This document shows positions 9,907 through 24,219 of a stretch of 64,000 bases of DNA, in pieces; positions within the stretch are counted from its first letter, which is position 1; the number at the start of each line of letters is the position of its first letter. Source of the DNA: Epiperipatus broadwayi (Eukaryota > Animalia > Onychophora); the NCBI GenBank assembly GCA_028023455.1, contig JAQFVV010000004.1:9610001-9674000 (forward strand), read 5' to 3'. The notes below the pieces were generated by a model, which ran no database searches, was not told the origin of the DNA, and worked only from the letters and a program-made list of their open reading frames with translations. Made by a program: the position numbers and the translations under genes.

Positions 9907-12900
9907 ATTATTTATCTTTTCGACATATATGTATTTGGGTGTCTCAGTGTTATGAAATAGAGTGGAGAGTGATGGGTCAGCTGAAAGTCTGTGCTCATAT
10001 ACCCTATATATAATTTTTGATATACTAAAATATAAATAACAAATGACAGTTATAACTAGTTTGCGGCATATAACTACTACCTACACTAGTATCTACAGTT
10101 ACTGTAAACTGTTCCATAGACAATAGTTCCATGCTGTAAATTAATTGCATATATTTACAGTTACAATAAATGCTACTGGAAATGATAATGATAATCATAT
10201 TGCAAGCTGACTATAATGGCTATTTCATATTTATATTTTCGAATATTGAAAATTGAAGTAATTAATTCCAGTATTTTGTGTTTATTGTATATATACAATA
10301 AAAATTAATTATGATATAAAAATATATGCAATCAGTCACATATCTTAAATTCCATATTCTACAAAATTATCTTTATTATATATATTAATGTAATATTTAT
10401 TGCCAATAAGGTGCTATAAAGTAGTTAAAAATTAACCATCACCACATACGACCTTTTTGCTAAAATAGTAATAGATGGTTGCAATAATGATTAATACTCA
10501 CTTATATATGCATAATTCAGATATTAAATATCCATCATTTTTAAATAATATTATCAAAACATTTATATACATCCATGTATATACGTAAAACAAAATGAAC
10601 GTCTATAAAGTGACTCAACATTAGAAAATAAAATGCTAGATCGCTAAGAGGAATTAAAAGTGTTTTAAAAATGTATGGAATGAGAACGGAATGTATTTTA
10701 ATTGGTATTCATCTCTCACTGATATATATATAAATCAGAAAAAAAAACTTCTAATAAATATCTGTATAGATAGATAACATTGTTTGTACATTTTTAAAGA
10801 AATGTAAAGGAAAAATTATTAATAATTAATAATAAATACAAGTAAAAATTAAATAATTCATCATCTAGTAAAAAATAAAAAATAAAATGCATTCTTTGGA
10901 AATAGAATAAAAAAGTATTTTTAATATTCAAGGCAAAATTTAATATATATAAATATTTCATTCAAAATTTTGTATAATAAACAATTTTTTGTAATATATA
11001 TAAAATTAAAATATAAAAATCAAAGTTGTTATCATAGATAATTTTTATAATTTTTACGAAAAACAATGCATTTTTTATATACAATGGTCTCATAAATATT
11101 ATTATCATTACAAGCAGCAGCCATTTACAAATGAGTATGGTCATTACAACATTAAGAAATAATAATAATTATGATGATGATGATAATGATAGCAGTAGTG
11201 ATGATGGCAGTGATGAAATTTGCAATATAGATCCACACAAAATATACTGATCTATAAATTTTGTTCATATGATATTTTGTAATGCTATGTCAATGTTTTC
11301 TGAAAGACATCAATACTTTGTCAATTTATAGTTCTCTACTATATTTTCTTCTCAGCTGGATCTTCTCAGTAAAAGCAACTATTATTGCAACTTTTTAAAA
11401 TGTCTTTGTGATACAATATGTAACACAACTGAAAGCTCTCTCTCTCCTCTCATTTTCAGGAAGCGTAAACCACTCATTCATTTCACGTATTCAATTTATA
11501 AAAGATGTGATTTTATAATTGTGAACTTATGAGGTCATGTTAACAAAAAAATTAAGTAAATTTATTTCCACAATCTGAAATTCAAACAAAATAAATAGTT
11601 AATTAAAATAAAAATATCTAAATATTAATTCTTGTTTTAAATAATTTTTAAAAGGCAAGTAACTGAAGTTTAACGATGAAGGATTTTTATATGGATGTAA
11701 AATGCTATTAATCAGGATAAACATTTTGAAATTATCAGGAGAGATTTTAGTGCAAAAATTGATAAACTATTGAAGGAAATTCAAATAGTATCATATTTAG
11801 CAAGCTAAAAAACATATAGATTTTTTTCATCTTATATTTTTCTAGTTATATATGATATGTACATATTTAGAAACTAATTTTTACCTTGCATGAGAATGCC
11901 ATAATGAAATTTTATTTTATCAACATAAATATGGAGATTCAGACATTTGATAACTTTAGTTTATTTATTGAGTAAATGACATTTGTGAAATGCATGTACA
12001 GTGAGAAAGAGTGGACTGAGGTTTTGTATTGGTAGATGGTTTTGAGGTGAGGGGTATACTGATAAAAAACATAACATGGACATACACTTATGTGCATACA
12101 TTCTCACTTGGACACAAATAAATAATAGGATTATTCATGTAATACATATAATGATTATTGCTGGTAGTTGACAATAGCTTCTCCTAAATATGAATTTTTT
12201 TATTATGTCACTATTTAAAGCTATATATATATATATAACCATTAGAAAACAGTCAACACTTAGACAATTCCAATATAGATAACAATCAAGAATTTCAAAC
12301 TGTTGTCAAGGCAATTTCCTTTTAGCAATATACACCTGGGTGTCATTTTAAGTGATAGATAGGTTCCTCAGAAAACACACGCAAATGAAATCGCGCAAAA
12401 ATAGACGTAACTTACATTGAAAAAGGGGGGTTGCGGTCTGTGATTTTTCAAAATTCGCATAATTTAGTTGATTTAAAAAGAAAAGTAATTTTTAAAAATC
12501 AATAATTAATTCCTATAGCTAAAACTCACAATCTTTAAACAAAGAATACAATAGTGTATGTAAAAATTCATGCATGTGAATTTATATTAGGTTCTCTGAG
12601 TATTATTAAAGCATTAATATTTTAAATGCTTATGCTTGTTCCTTTTTTTTTGAAGTTATTTTTATGAATGTGTTTTTAAATGCTTGAATAGTTAAAAAGC
12701 TGGGATATTCATTATTATTTAATTATTATGGCACAATTTTATATTAATAATTAGCTATGTTTAGCTTTATTTATTATTTTTATCAATTTTATTTATTATT
12801 TAGTTTTATTGCTTTGAAGAGATTGAAACTTTAACTCCCCTCTTATTGATATTTTATATAGCCAGTGTATTTTTAAAATGTCATAGCATTAGTCTCTCAC

Positions 12901-13983
12901 TTATAGTTATTCTATTTTGTTAGTGTATTTTAAGAGATTGTTACATTAGTCTCTTTTTGTATACTTTATTATCTTGCCATTTTGAAGAGATTGTAGCTCC
13001 GTCACTATTTGATATTTTATCATACTTTATTCATGAATTTATTTTTTGTTTTTTATATTTTAGCATTTAATGTTTTATCACAAACTTCTATTATTATTGT
13101 CTCTGTAATGGTTTCTCATTTTCTCTGACTAGTGACAGAATCCTAGCTCATTATTGTCTCATATATAGTCACTTCTTGAGTTCATGCCATCATATTCCTT
13201 TATCTTTATCTTATTATCCCTTAGTGTGGATTATATTTGTTATATACTTATTTTAAACCATGTGGAACATATACCCATGACTTTATCCTGGTAATTGATA
13301 TTTTTGTAAGTACTGAGGAATGTCATCCTTACCTTTAATTACACTTTTATTTTAGATGTATAAATCTTGTAGTTGTGCCCATTTCTGGATTGCAATATGT
13401 TAAATCTGATAAAATGTTTAATATTTAAATTTTTTTAATTGTTTAAGTGGCTCAATAATGTTCAGCATTCACCACCAAAAATAAGGACTTTTAAATTTTT
13501 ATTTTAATTCAGGTGTTAATTATTTTATATATAGAAACAGTATAATTGTTTGAAAAAAAGAATTAAGTATGAGAACTTATAATCATTAAAGCTAGAGAAA
13601 GATTTATTCATCTCAATTTTCCCTACTATTATTTTCACATGGGTAAAACATAATTTATTGATGTTACTTATTTTGTTCTGAAGAATTTATTTAATAAATT
13701 CTGTACCAAATTAAAAAAAAAACAGCTTGATATTCCTTCCATAAATGTATTATAGCTTGATGTTTGTTACATAAATATTATTAATGTTAATAAATGTTAT
13801 AAGATTGTTAACTGAACTTTATTTCCTTTGTCATCATCTGCATTCTTACAAAAATCTATTCATAATAATTACCACACAGTTGTATATTCTTTATTATGCA
13901 TTGAGAGCATATGAATACAAAGATTTTGGCATGAAATTCACTTTATTTAAATCTCATATTTTGATGTTACGAAAGCATTAAAG

Positions 13984-14078
13984 CGTTGTTAGCCGATATC
14001 ATCGCAGCTGCCTTGCAAGCAAGTAGTTGGTTGCAGACGGTTGTCGGTTCGCGGCTGATGCTATGACATATAGAAAAA
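13984..14078 (+). mobile_element. tRNA-Gly-derived SINE, degenerate copy
   Basis: Shares ctgccttgca...ggttcgc...gatgctatgaca...A-tail with 58988-59099. Flanked by aaagcattaaag / aaagtattaaag (12 bp TSD, one mismatch). Confidence 0.7.
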
Positions 14079-15240
14079 AAAGTATTAAAGGGAAAGGTTA
14101 TTTTATTTTATTAAAAATAATTTAAATTATTTATCTACTTGGTATAAAATCATTTTAGTTGATTTTATTTATTTAAAAATCCTTATGCTCATTTAAAGGA
14201 CTATTTTACATCATTTCAAAGATCATTTTACATTATTTAGAAGATAACTTTGTTTATTTAGAAAATCACTTGTCTTTATTCATCATCAATTTAAAATAAT
14301 AAGATTACTTAGTTTCATTTTAGAAAAGATTAAGAAAAAATTGTTAGTGTGGTATTTTGGCAGCCATAAAAGTCCTTATCTCCTCAGTGTATCATGTATA
14401 GTATATTATTTTATTTTAAAATTAAGAGTCTTTCATGTTTAATCTAAATTTTAAATTTATAATTGTAGTTTAATGAGATATAATCTTAAAAGGGTAAAAA
14501 AGTATGTCTTATAGCTTTGTTGCTTACTAGGATTACATCTTTATTAGATTTTCAAAATTTGAGAAGAAAAAAATTATAAATTGTAAAAGTATTAATCATA
14601 TGAACCCTGAGATATATTTTATGCATAAGATTACTTGAATAAAAACTATTTCATTTAAGAACAAATCATGTTAAGAAGTTAACATCACAAAACATAAGAC
14701 ACATGCTTTTATTTAATAAAAATAAATATGATGTTAAATCTGATCATAATAATAAAATATAAATTATAAGATGTAGCTGTATTTTGAAGGTTGTGTTATG
14801 AAAAAATATTTAAATAATCTATTTCTTTTAATGCCATATGCTTTATATTTTAAGAGCCATATTATTTTTAAAGAGTGATTATGTAAATTCTCCTCATCTT
14901 AATTTATTGTATTATTGTATGTCTTAATAATGCTATTTATTATCATTTGCTCATATTATTGTTTAAGCATATGCATTTGAACCTTGAACTTAGCCAGTAT
15001 CTTATTAATATTATTGTTGAGCTTATATACTTTGAGCTAGTCATTTGGTGAGCCCATATATTATATTGTATTATTATTAGCCCATATATTGTTTTGATAT
15101 TTGCAGTTTATATATTTTTGAGATTTTATTTTCATTTGTGCCATATCTATGCCTATTCTCTAAAACCAACATGTTGGTTTTCATTCAGTTCAGGGGTTCT
15201 GATTCATATTCCTTGGCTTTTTGTATTCTATTGATACAAA

Positions 15241-15745
15241 CCACTAAACATCACATGATCACTATTTCTTATGCTAACACATTACTGTTATTAAAACAGG
15301 CAAAACTCTTCATACAGTAGTGCCATTCAGTGCCAACCAGAGTAATCAATGGATGCCAGAAGGCTTGTGCATAAAATCCCTATCTAGTTCCTACTCATCC
15401 AAAACATATGGTATGGAACTGGGTTCAGATCCATATGACTATATAAGCTATTGAGCTAAGATTGAAAATATTATTGTATTTTCAAGTTTATTCTTATAGT
15501 TTTGTAGTTAAATAGAGATAAAAGGTGGCTGCTGGAGGGGTGCATTAGATCCTAAGATCTAGGTGCAATGTTCTTAAATACAAAGCTTTTCACTGATGAA
15601 GGCTACAAGCCAGAAACTAGTCTGGGAATATTGGATGAGTAGGCACGAGATAGGGATTTTATGCACAAGCCTTATGACATCCATTGATTACTCTGGTTGG
15701 CGCTGAGTGGCACTACTGTATGGAGAGCTTTGCCTATTGATACAA
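15241..15745. mobile_element. Family B foldback element (left arm internally deleted); same element as 57932-58527
   Basis: Shares the left extension cactaaacatcacatgatcac, the inverted arms (gtagtgcca...ggcttgtgcataaaatccctatctag) and the internal spacer (ccatatgactatataagctattgagct...gcattagatcctaagatct) with the 58 kb copy. Confidence 0.9.
15589..15626 (+). ncRNA. Minimal hammerhead motif (family B)
   Basis: ttca CTGATGA (15593-15599) aggc-tacaa-gcca GAAA ctag TC tggg. Stem III ACTAGT is a palindrome; the stem II closing pair is mismatched. Confidence 0.7.
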
Positions 15746-15940
15746 CTTATAGGTTACAATATATATATATAATTCAATTACATGCCATTTCAACTTTATA
15801 TTTTTAAAATATTTAATAATATAATCACGTAGTAATCACTCATAAATGATTGTGCCATTCCAACTTCAAAAAGAAAAAAAAAGAAAAATAATTACTTTAA
15901 AAATGAAGAACAACAAATATATCCAATATATTAAGCATAC

Positions 15941-16210
15941 TGGTTCATTTTTCTGTTTATTTGATATTTTGCTATGATGTCTTTTAATATTTTGACAAGA
16001 AAAAGTTTCCTTCAGAAATAGTTCAACATCTACTTTTAAAAGTGTTATATTAGTCGATATATTTTCTGAATAGCAAGAATCAGTATTACAATGTTTTAGA
16101 ATGTCTTTGATATAATTCTTAAAACGTAAACAGAGTCCTTTATAAAAACCATGCTCAGGTTCACCATTAGACACTTTGTAAGACAGTCTAGTCATGTTCA
16201 TTTTACATGT
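15941..16210 (-). CDS. Possible 270 nt phase-0 exon (TCKMNMTRLSYKVSNGEPEHGFYKGLCLRFKNYIKDILKHC...KQKNEP), product unknown
   Basis: Open for 90 codons between acceptor ttttattgaattAG and donor CCA|GTATGC. The splice sites are only moderate, and an ORF this long can arise by chance or from a decayed element. Confidence 0.3.
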
Positions 16211-19200
16211 CTAATTCAATAAAAGGTATTTTACAATAGTGCCCTCTATGTATTACATTCAACAAGTTGACAAAAATATTGATTGGTTTTAAAAACTTGC
16301 CACTCTATTTTTATAATTTTATGGAGGATTCTTAAATAAAACTTTCCTAATGCATTTATATTGCATCAATAAGGTTGTTCAACAGAAAGGCATCTTATAA
16401 ATTATTTGAACAGAAACCATCTTATAAATTGTCTTTGTCAAATAATTGTATTTATTTGTTTATATTGGTACAATACTGAGAGATTTTAATGTATGTATAT
16501 ATATATATCTTTAATAATATGTATCTATAAAAAAGAGATGAAATTAAAATAATACTGTACATTATTAAAATTTCTAACAATAGATATAAATTCATTTAAA
16601 TGAGTTTAAAGTCTATATAAGAGCTAATGATAATATAATAATATCTAGCCAAAGAAGTACACATTAATAACATTAATATATTTATATGAATAACAGTATT
16701 TTGTTACTGAAGATGTATTCTTGTAAAATAGATCATAATAATAATAATAGCAAGATGGAAAATAACATGATTAATTAAAATTATACAAACAGAAGAAATA
16801 TAACATTGGATTTTTTTTTCCAATAGTAATCTCACACTATTCAAAATTTTATAGATTATATTGAATAAATATTTTACTTTTAATAATTACATTATTAAAT
16901 AGCCTTCCCAAATATTCATAATTGAGAATACTTGATAAAATATTGCAGAATAGAAATGATAATATTCTATATATGAATAAAACACAAACTACTTATTTTC
17001 TATGATAAGCATTTATTTGCTCCCAAAGAAAAGATTGTTTGTTCTTAATTTTTATTCATTAAAATGACATGAATCAATAAGTAGAGAATATAAATAACTA
17101 AATAAATTTAATATGAAAATCAAAGTATCAAAAATAATAAAAAATAGTACAAAGTTATATATATATTTCATTTAAAATTTTGAAAATTATTTTTAATGGT
17201 CTTTAGAAAATAAAGTTTCTCTGATGAAGACTGCCAGTCAATTGAAATTTGTAGAATATAAAAAGGAAACCATATTGTTTGGTAATATTATTGGTAGGTA
17301 AAAGTACATCAAGTTGTTTAATTAATTTGAAATGTCAAATTTAATAACATATATAGCAATTTAGAGCATAGAATAAAAAAATCTAAACAACTGAGTTACT
17401 TTAATGTATCATCAATATTCTGAAAAAAGAAAACTTGCTCAATTTCTCAAGTGATCTGAAATTCTGCACCCTCAAAATTTGTATTTAAATTTATTTATCT
17501 AAAGTAGAATCAATTTGTACACAATCTCAAATACGATAATGATAAAAAATGAAGCACACTGCTAATAATTTTTAATTAAAATTTTTCTACATGAAACACA
17601 AGTATGATATTACAAAGGTTCAATATCTTATATAATTTCAGAATAAATTTCTTTTGCCAAAGCATTGACTTAATTACTGAATAGATCTTGTAAATAGTTT
17701 TTAGTTAATAAGAAGCAGTGAAAATGTTTCATTTGACAAACAAGTTTTATTTATATAAGACAGTGCAGTTTGTATGTATTTTTACAAATGAAGTCATTAA
17801 AAAAAATCTCAAGCTATTAATAAAATTAAAGCATTTGTGTACACATACAATCTAATTTTAATGTCAAACATTTTTTTTTGCCCATAACATAACTATATAT
17901 TTAGATAAACTTTTCCCAGAAGTTAATATTATGTAGTAACTAGATTAACCCCAACATTGCTTTATTGAGTAAATAAAATACTCTCAATCCAAAGTACAAA
18001 AAAAAAATCTTTAAGAGAAAATAATGGTGTCTTATTTCTTTTACCTAATTTCATTTATATAGGAGAATCTGAAACACTTTGGAAAAAAACATGAATATCT
18101 TAAATTGATCATATTACCTTTTCAAAGCTATATTTTAAATTGCTTTACATTATTTTAACATAACATTTGCAAAATTTTTCAATTTACATCTTGACAATAT
18201 CAAATCAAATAACAAAAGATGCAAATATAAACTTTTCCCAGCATTTGTAATAATTAGATTAACACCTTAATACTAGTATATATATATTAATTATAATAAA
18301 AATAATAAATTTAACGATAACAAACTATTATAAACAATCTTTAAATATGAAGAAGTACTTTCGGTTAATTATTACAATTTGGTTTTAATTAACAGACATT
18401 TTATTTTAATATTGTAGCTTAATAAACTAAACCACAAAAGAATGATCCTAGTTTAATAATGTCCCACAAAATTGCAGCAACATTTGTAACAGAATAAAAC
18501 TGTAGCCCATCTGTTGATTACTATTTATAACAGATTGGAAATAAAGACAGTGATAAATGAACAATACTATCATATAAATAATAATATGTCTCTGTTGAAC
18601 AAGCTACTTGTCATAGAATAAAAATGATAACAAAGGATAATGAAGACAAATTTTAATATTCCACATGAATTGATACCATTTATTATGATATAAGTCTATC
18701 TTGAACATTAAACAATCTTTATAATTGAATAAAATTATTTATGCACGGCTAAAAATAATGATCTTAATCTACTTCATGAATTTAGAAGCTATTTGTAATG
18801 AAATGAAGATTAAAAACAAGAAATCAAAACTTTAGTATAATCTTCAAACTTAAAACATGAATTATAACTAAGCAAAGTATGATCCAATAATTTATCACTA
18901 ATTATAACTAAATAAAATGAAAATAATGGTAATAAAATGAAAATAAAGACAATACTAACAATATAATAATATCTCAAAACAATAATATGCTCTTCTTAAA
19001 TAAATCAATTGTAATAAAATGAAATATTTAAGAATAATAAAAGATCTTCTTAACCTATAGATGTATATATATTAATCTATTCTTAGTAAAATACATACAA
19101 CTTTCTCTTTTAAAACTTTATAAATTCATAACTTTAATTTGTAATAAAAAATAAAATGTCTCATTACTAAACTATAATAAAACACAATATACAAGATCAA

Positions 19201-21644
19201 TGAATCTAACATATTTCACCACTTTTACCAATTTATAGTAATATAAAATCAAATAAACCCTCCACATAAGTTTTAAGTTTACAATATTCAATCATGATGA
19301 TGTGAATTAAATGAAAAATTCTTATTTTACCCTTATACAAATATTATTAACAAATCACAAAGAATTATCCTTCACATCAATAAAGCTAAGTTGCTAAACT
19401 TTAAATCATAATCACCTTAATATGTTTAATATTACTAATAATCTATTATAATCAAATGTCAATATCAAATCTTAGTATCTAAATTAAATGTAGAATTTAT
19501 ACTGATGAGCTTTTAAATTTAATCAAAGTAAATCATTCCATTTAATAGAACCCAAATACCAATATCAATATATGCTATTCCCAATTTTATAATATTACAA
19601 GTTATCTTTATAACTAAATAATATTCACACAATAAATAATAGTTTACAAAAATATGCAGGCATTCAATTATAATCACCTTTATTTATTTTAAACAATTAA
19701 TATATTTGTGCTTCATAATATATCAAACAATCTCAGATATAAATTTTTATCCAAAATAACTATTGCATATAATTATCAAAATAATTATAATAATATTCTA
19801 ATTATTTATTAAATATCTCACAATACCAAATTAATTGATTTATTACTATGTAAAAGTGTGTGCCTGATTTAAATTATATTAGTATTTGCATAAAGGAAAT
19901 AATATCTAATTGTATATCCACTTACCAATCCAATTACTTAATCCCTGAACTATCTTATGAATATTTGTTATAAACTATATGGTGTTAGTCAATTACATCA
20001 TTATTATCTGTCAAATATTATTAGTCAATAGATTTGCATTATAAACTGAATGACAACTAAAGCAAGTTTATTTGTTTTAAATAAAGTAAAAATTTATTAA
20101 CAATAAATATTAAAAAAAAGACAATCGACAATAAATGTTTGAAACATATACTATAATCAAATATTATGGGATATAATCTCTGTTGAAATTAATATTAATA
20201 AAATAGGTGTCTATACATCAAAATTTACCTATATAATATTTAATATATAATATATATTTATATGTTATGGAAAATGTTGTTACACATATACACTCTTTGA
20301 AATACAAGAAAGTTAATGACTCTTTTCTCTCATCTTCATAATAAAATAATTAATTGAAATACAATATAATAATCATGAGTTTACTTATTCATTGATGTTA
20401 CTTTTCAAATAAAATACCAATAAATAATTGTTACAATGTAGTTATTGTAGATTATCGATCCTTATCAGATGCATATTTAAAAATAATTTGCAATTAATGA
20501 ATAAAAAAATAATATTTTAAATCTAAGCTTTAACTTGTTAAAATTTAATTTTTAAATGTAAATCTAAATTAATTTTTAACTTCCTTTAATTTTACACATA
20601 TAAAAAGAACACATATAACTTAATACATAGCAATCAATTATATTTAGAGCATTAGAAACTTAAATATATATATATATTAATATATGACCTGATTCTAATC
20701 GCGATCCTCCCATATAGTATTCTAAAATAACACAATAGTTCCAATGTTTTTTCTATAAGTTATAATTTAAAAATGCTTATTAGTCGAATTCAAGTAAAAA
20801 TATCATAAGCTATCATCCAAAATAAAGTGTATTTTGTTAATTCCAATATTTTTCAAGCATTAAATTTTATCCTACATTTTTCAGATATTTAACACTATAA
20901 TAACATCATGAATGAACAGATGTCAATCTCCATCTATGCTGGTACACTATATAAATAAACTACTTTAAATCCTGAGTTCAAACACTTCATCAATATTGTA
21001 AAATCATATCTGCAGATGAAAACAATTCTTATACTCAATATCATGATTTTAACTTTTATATTTAATTATTAAAACATTTTTTTTTCATGTGATATCAATT
21101 TTTAGTAATGAAATACTAAGATGATTTTGAATGCTATGAATTTACTTTCTCATTCCTTCAACAAATTTCAGTAATTCTGTCCAGTTTTGCTAAATAAATA
21201 TTTGGTTAATAAATAAATACTTTTAAAATAAATAAATAAAAATTATATGAAAGGGCTTTAACTGCATATATGAAAGTCAAAATGTCAGAGAGAGAGAGAT
21301 AGAGAGAGAGATAGAGTTCAAATTGTTCAGTCCCTTTTTATGTCTTGTATAACTGATGTTATTAAATCCAAGATAATATTCTTTTATAACGTTATTACCA
21401 AAATCATCCTATGTTTCACATTTGAAATTACTTTTACAATAATAATAAAATGAAATAAATTTTTTTAAAAAATCATAATCAATACATTTAACATAACAGC
21501 AAATATAGTTAAGAAATTAAATATCCGTGCATATTGTTTATAATCTGTTTTTATGAATGCAATAATCAAAAACACATAAAATAATTTTATTAAAAATCAT
21601 AAAGTTTATTATTTATATATGCATCTCAAATAAATAAAATTAAT

Positions 21645-21739
21645 TCACAATTTTATATTGCAATAATAATAATGCATTTCTGGTCTTAATATTTTGTTGT
21701 CATAGTAATCTATTTCACTGCTCTTGACCAATACATTGT
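21645..21739 (-). CDS. Candidate terminal (or near-terminal) exon: (D)NVLVKSSEIDYYDNKILRPEMHYYYCNIKL*
   Basis: Acceptor ctgatttttaacAG at 21740-21741; phase matches the 22796-22846 exon; stop at 21645-21647; AATAAA on the minus strand nearby. A donor TT|GTGAAT overlapping the stop could extend the gene. Confidence 0.5.
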
Positions 21740-22795
21740 CTGTTAAAAATCAGTTAAAAATAAAAATAAAATTATACTTGACATTTCATCACACACGGAA
21801 TTTACAGCCAAATATAAGTTGGCACAATGTATATATATAAGTTCCAACCAGTAACCACCTAAATATATATATGATTATAATTTAAAAATAGATTTTTAGG
21901 ATTCTATAAAATAATATTTATATAGTAAAACTCAATCTAATAAATGTAATAATTGAACGTACATCAAATGTAACAATAAAAAGCACTAAATCATCTTAGT
22001 TATGTTTTTTATTTTGTTTTAGAAGAAATTATAATCATATCAACTCAATATGTCCTCCATTTAATATGCGAAACTACATTCACAAAATTATATTCTTCAC
22101 AATGAAACACAATTGGTTTATATTAATTTATTTTATATGATATTCCAAGTTTTATGATTTTTACATCAGAAAAATAAATATAATAAATTACAATAACTAA
22201 ACTCACGGAGATAGAAATAATCAAACAATTTAGACAGACTAAAATAAAAGGAAACTGATCATTGTTGGTTTCAAACTTTTCAGAATGGTTACTGTACTAA
22301 TAATATATAAAAAATATACTATGTCTGAATAATAGCAACTCAGATAAATTCTTTTCAATAATAAAATTATAAAAAAAATGTATGCATTATGTTTTAATAC
22401 GTACCATTTTAAAAGCAAGTTGCAGATAAATTTGAAAAAAAATTATTAAAAATATACTGAAACATGATTAATAAATTTAGTAGAATAAAATCACAGTATA
22501 ATTTTTTCATGATTGAAAAATCTTACGTAATAAACACATGTTAAATTTTTCTTATCCTGAAAGATGCAACTGTAAATGTTAGAGTATTATTATTTAGATT
22601 GAAAATGAGACAAATGTATGTGCAAAGATAATATTAAGAATCGTATATCTTTATTTTAAAGAAAAATGTCAGGCAAATAAATATCAATTGGATTTATATA
22701 TTATTGTTGAGAAATTATTTGGCATGAAATATCATGTAAGAGGCTCCATCTTTTGCCTAGTCTTTTACATATTTATACAAATTATATCCAATTAC

Positions 22796-22846
22796 CTTGA
22801 GTTTCTTCTTCACTGCTGGATTCTGGTATGATATCAGTTTCTTGCT
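22796..22846 (-). CDS. 51 nt exon (QETDIIPESSSEEETQ, or SKKLISYQNPAVKKKLK in the other open frame)
   Basis: Acceptor tattgttattacAG, donor AAG|GTAATT, higher GC than the flanks, length a multiple of 3. Confidence 0.6.
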
Positions 22847-23774
22847 CTGTAATAACAATAACAATCTATTACCCTATCACCATTCGAGTTCACTTTAAAA
22901 TATTTAATATCTTAATATTTTTTCCTAAGAGCTGTACCAATTAGAGAGTTTCCCTCATCATATACTACAGAAGATAAAACACTTAAAGTACTTTATTGAT
23001 TTAATAATAAAGATTAAATAAGCTTATTTAAAATAAAATATAAAGTTTTAATTCTTGTAAGAAATCACCAATTATTTTACATCTTGTCTGTTTAAATAAT
23101 AATTTTTAAGTATATTTAATAAATGTGTGGATATTAAATTCACTGAGTGTTATAAAATAGTTTTTATGTCTAAGGCTTTGAACATATTTTTTTGATCGTG
23201 TTTAATTTATATAAGTATCATCAAATGATAATAAATACTATAAAGAAACCATTTATTTTGTTTTAATTCATTGTTTTGAGAACTGATTGAAATTATTGTG
23301 CTTATCATGTCATCTTAAATTCAAATATATAAAAACTTGATTAAAAAATAAAGGTTGAAATTGAAAAAATTATTAATTAATGAATAAATATTTTATTAAG
23401 CAAATTATTATTAAAAAAGTACTAAACCCATTGAAAAATATACTGTATAACCCTAAAATTATAATTTCTTCAATAACAGTTTGCAATTTTGTTTCTTATG
23501 TATCAAAAAATATTTTTTGAATCACAGTTTATTAAATTAAAATAAAATATATAGAAAAGAAAATTTAGTGCAAAGTACATTTTAAAATTTATATTTGGTA
23601 CACTTTATATTTTATTATCAATGTTTTTTTTATTTTTGTAATATGTAATCAATAAATCTTATATTTATTTTTTATGCAGCATTCTTAATTTTTTTTAAAG
23701 CAACAGTTCACAAATTTATTTATTTTGCATAAATGTAATTAAAATTAAATAAAAATTACATAAGAGAATATAAT

Positions 23775-24219
23775 AAATATGGTTTTAATTTCTCCTTATA
23801 TGTAAAAACAAAAAATACTTAATTGTAATTATTAATTAGAGAAAATATAACTTACTATTAAAAATTTATCGGCTGAACGTTTTCGAGGAACCATGCCTCA
23901 TACTCATAGCCTTCATGAAAAGTGGGCACAACTTCATACCTGCCAACCCCATTATTTTATGTTCAGAGCCAAATGATTACAGGAGAAAAATAAAGGAGGC
24001 ATTCTATATTAATAGAGACATCCATGCCATTAACAGAAAGGACACATGCTTCGAGATCTCGAAAAAATGGGCTACGTAACAATAGCTTATTTGAATATTT
24101 ACATTTGCATATATTTATTACACTTTTCATGAAGGCTATGAGTATGAGGCATGGTTCCTCAAAAACGTTCAGCCGATAAATTTTTAATAGTAAGTTATAT
24201 TTTCTCTAATTAATAATTA
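23775..24219. mobile_element. Young 5'-truncated Penelope-like insertion: GIY-YIG C-terminal fragment between 100 bp inverted pLTR arms
   Basis: Arms 23826-23925 and 24120-24219 differ at one base. The plus-strand peptide HNFIPANPIILCSEPNDYRRKIKEAFYINRDIHAINRKDTCFEISKKWAT* ends at 24079. TAAGAGAATATAAT is duplicated at 23761-23774 and 24220-24233. Confidence 0.85.

Larger units (their letters stand above)
8305..10010. mobile_element. Tandem array of about 472 bp family A units (8305, 8779, 9250) followed by an inverted copy (about 9613-10010); one hammerhead per unit
   Basis: The marker acacaggctt(g/a)ttatatacctatgtc recurs at 8305, 8779 and 9250 (periods 474 and 471). The sequence switches orientation at about 9612 over a cttgt microhomology. 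Confidence 0.95.

Noticed and set aside
12329-12560. CpG-rich segment resembling a Tc1-type MITE, and a 90 bp repeat shared by 12235-12325 and 37385-37470
   Set aside because: Probably transposon-derived, but terminal inverted repeats could not be defined beyond 5 bp.
17215-17262. CTGATGA-agactgccagtcaatt-GAAA at 17221 and a similar motif at 56442
   Set aside because: Probably old pLTR remnants, but stem II register or GAAA is broken, so they are not called as ribozymes.
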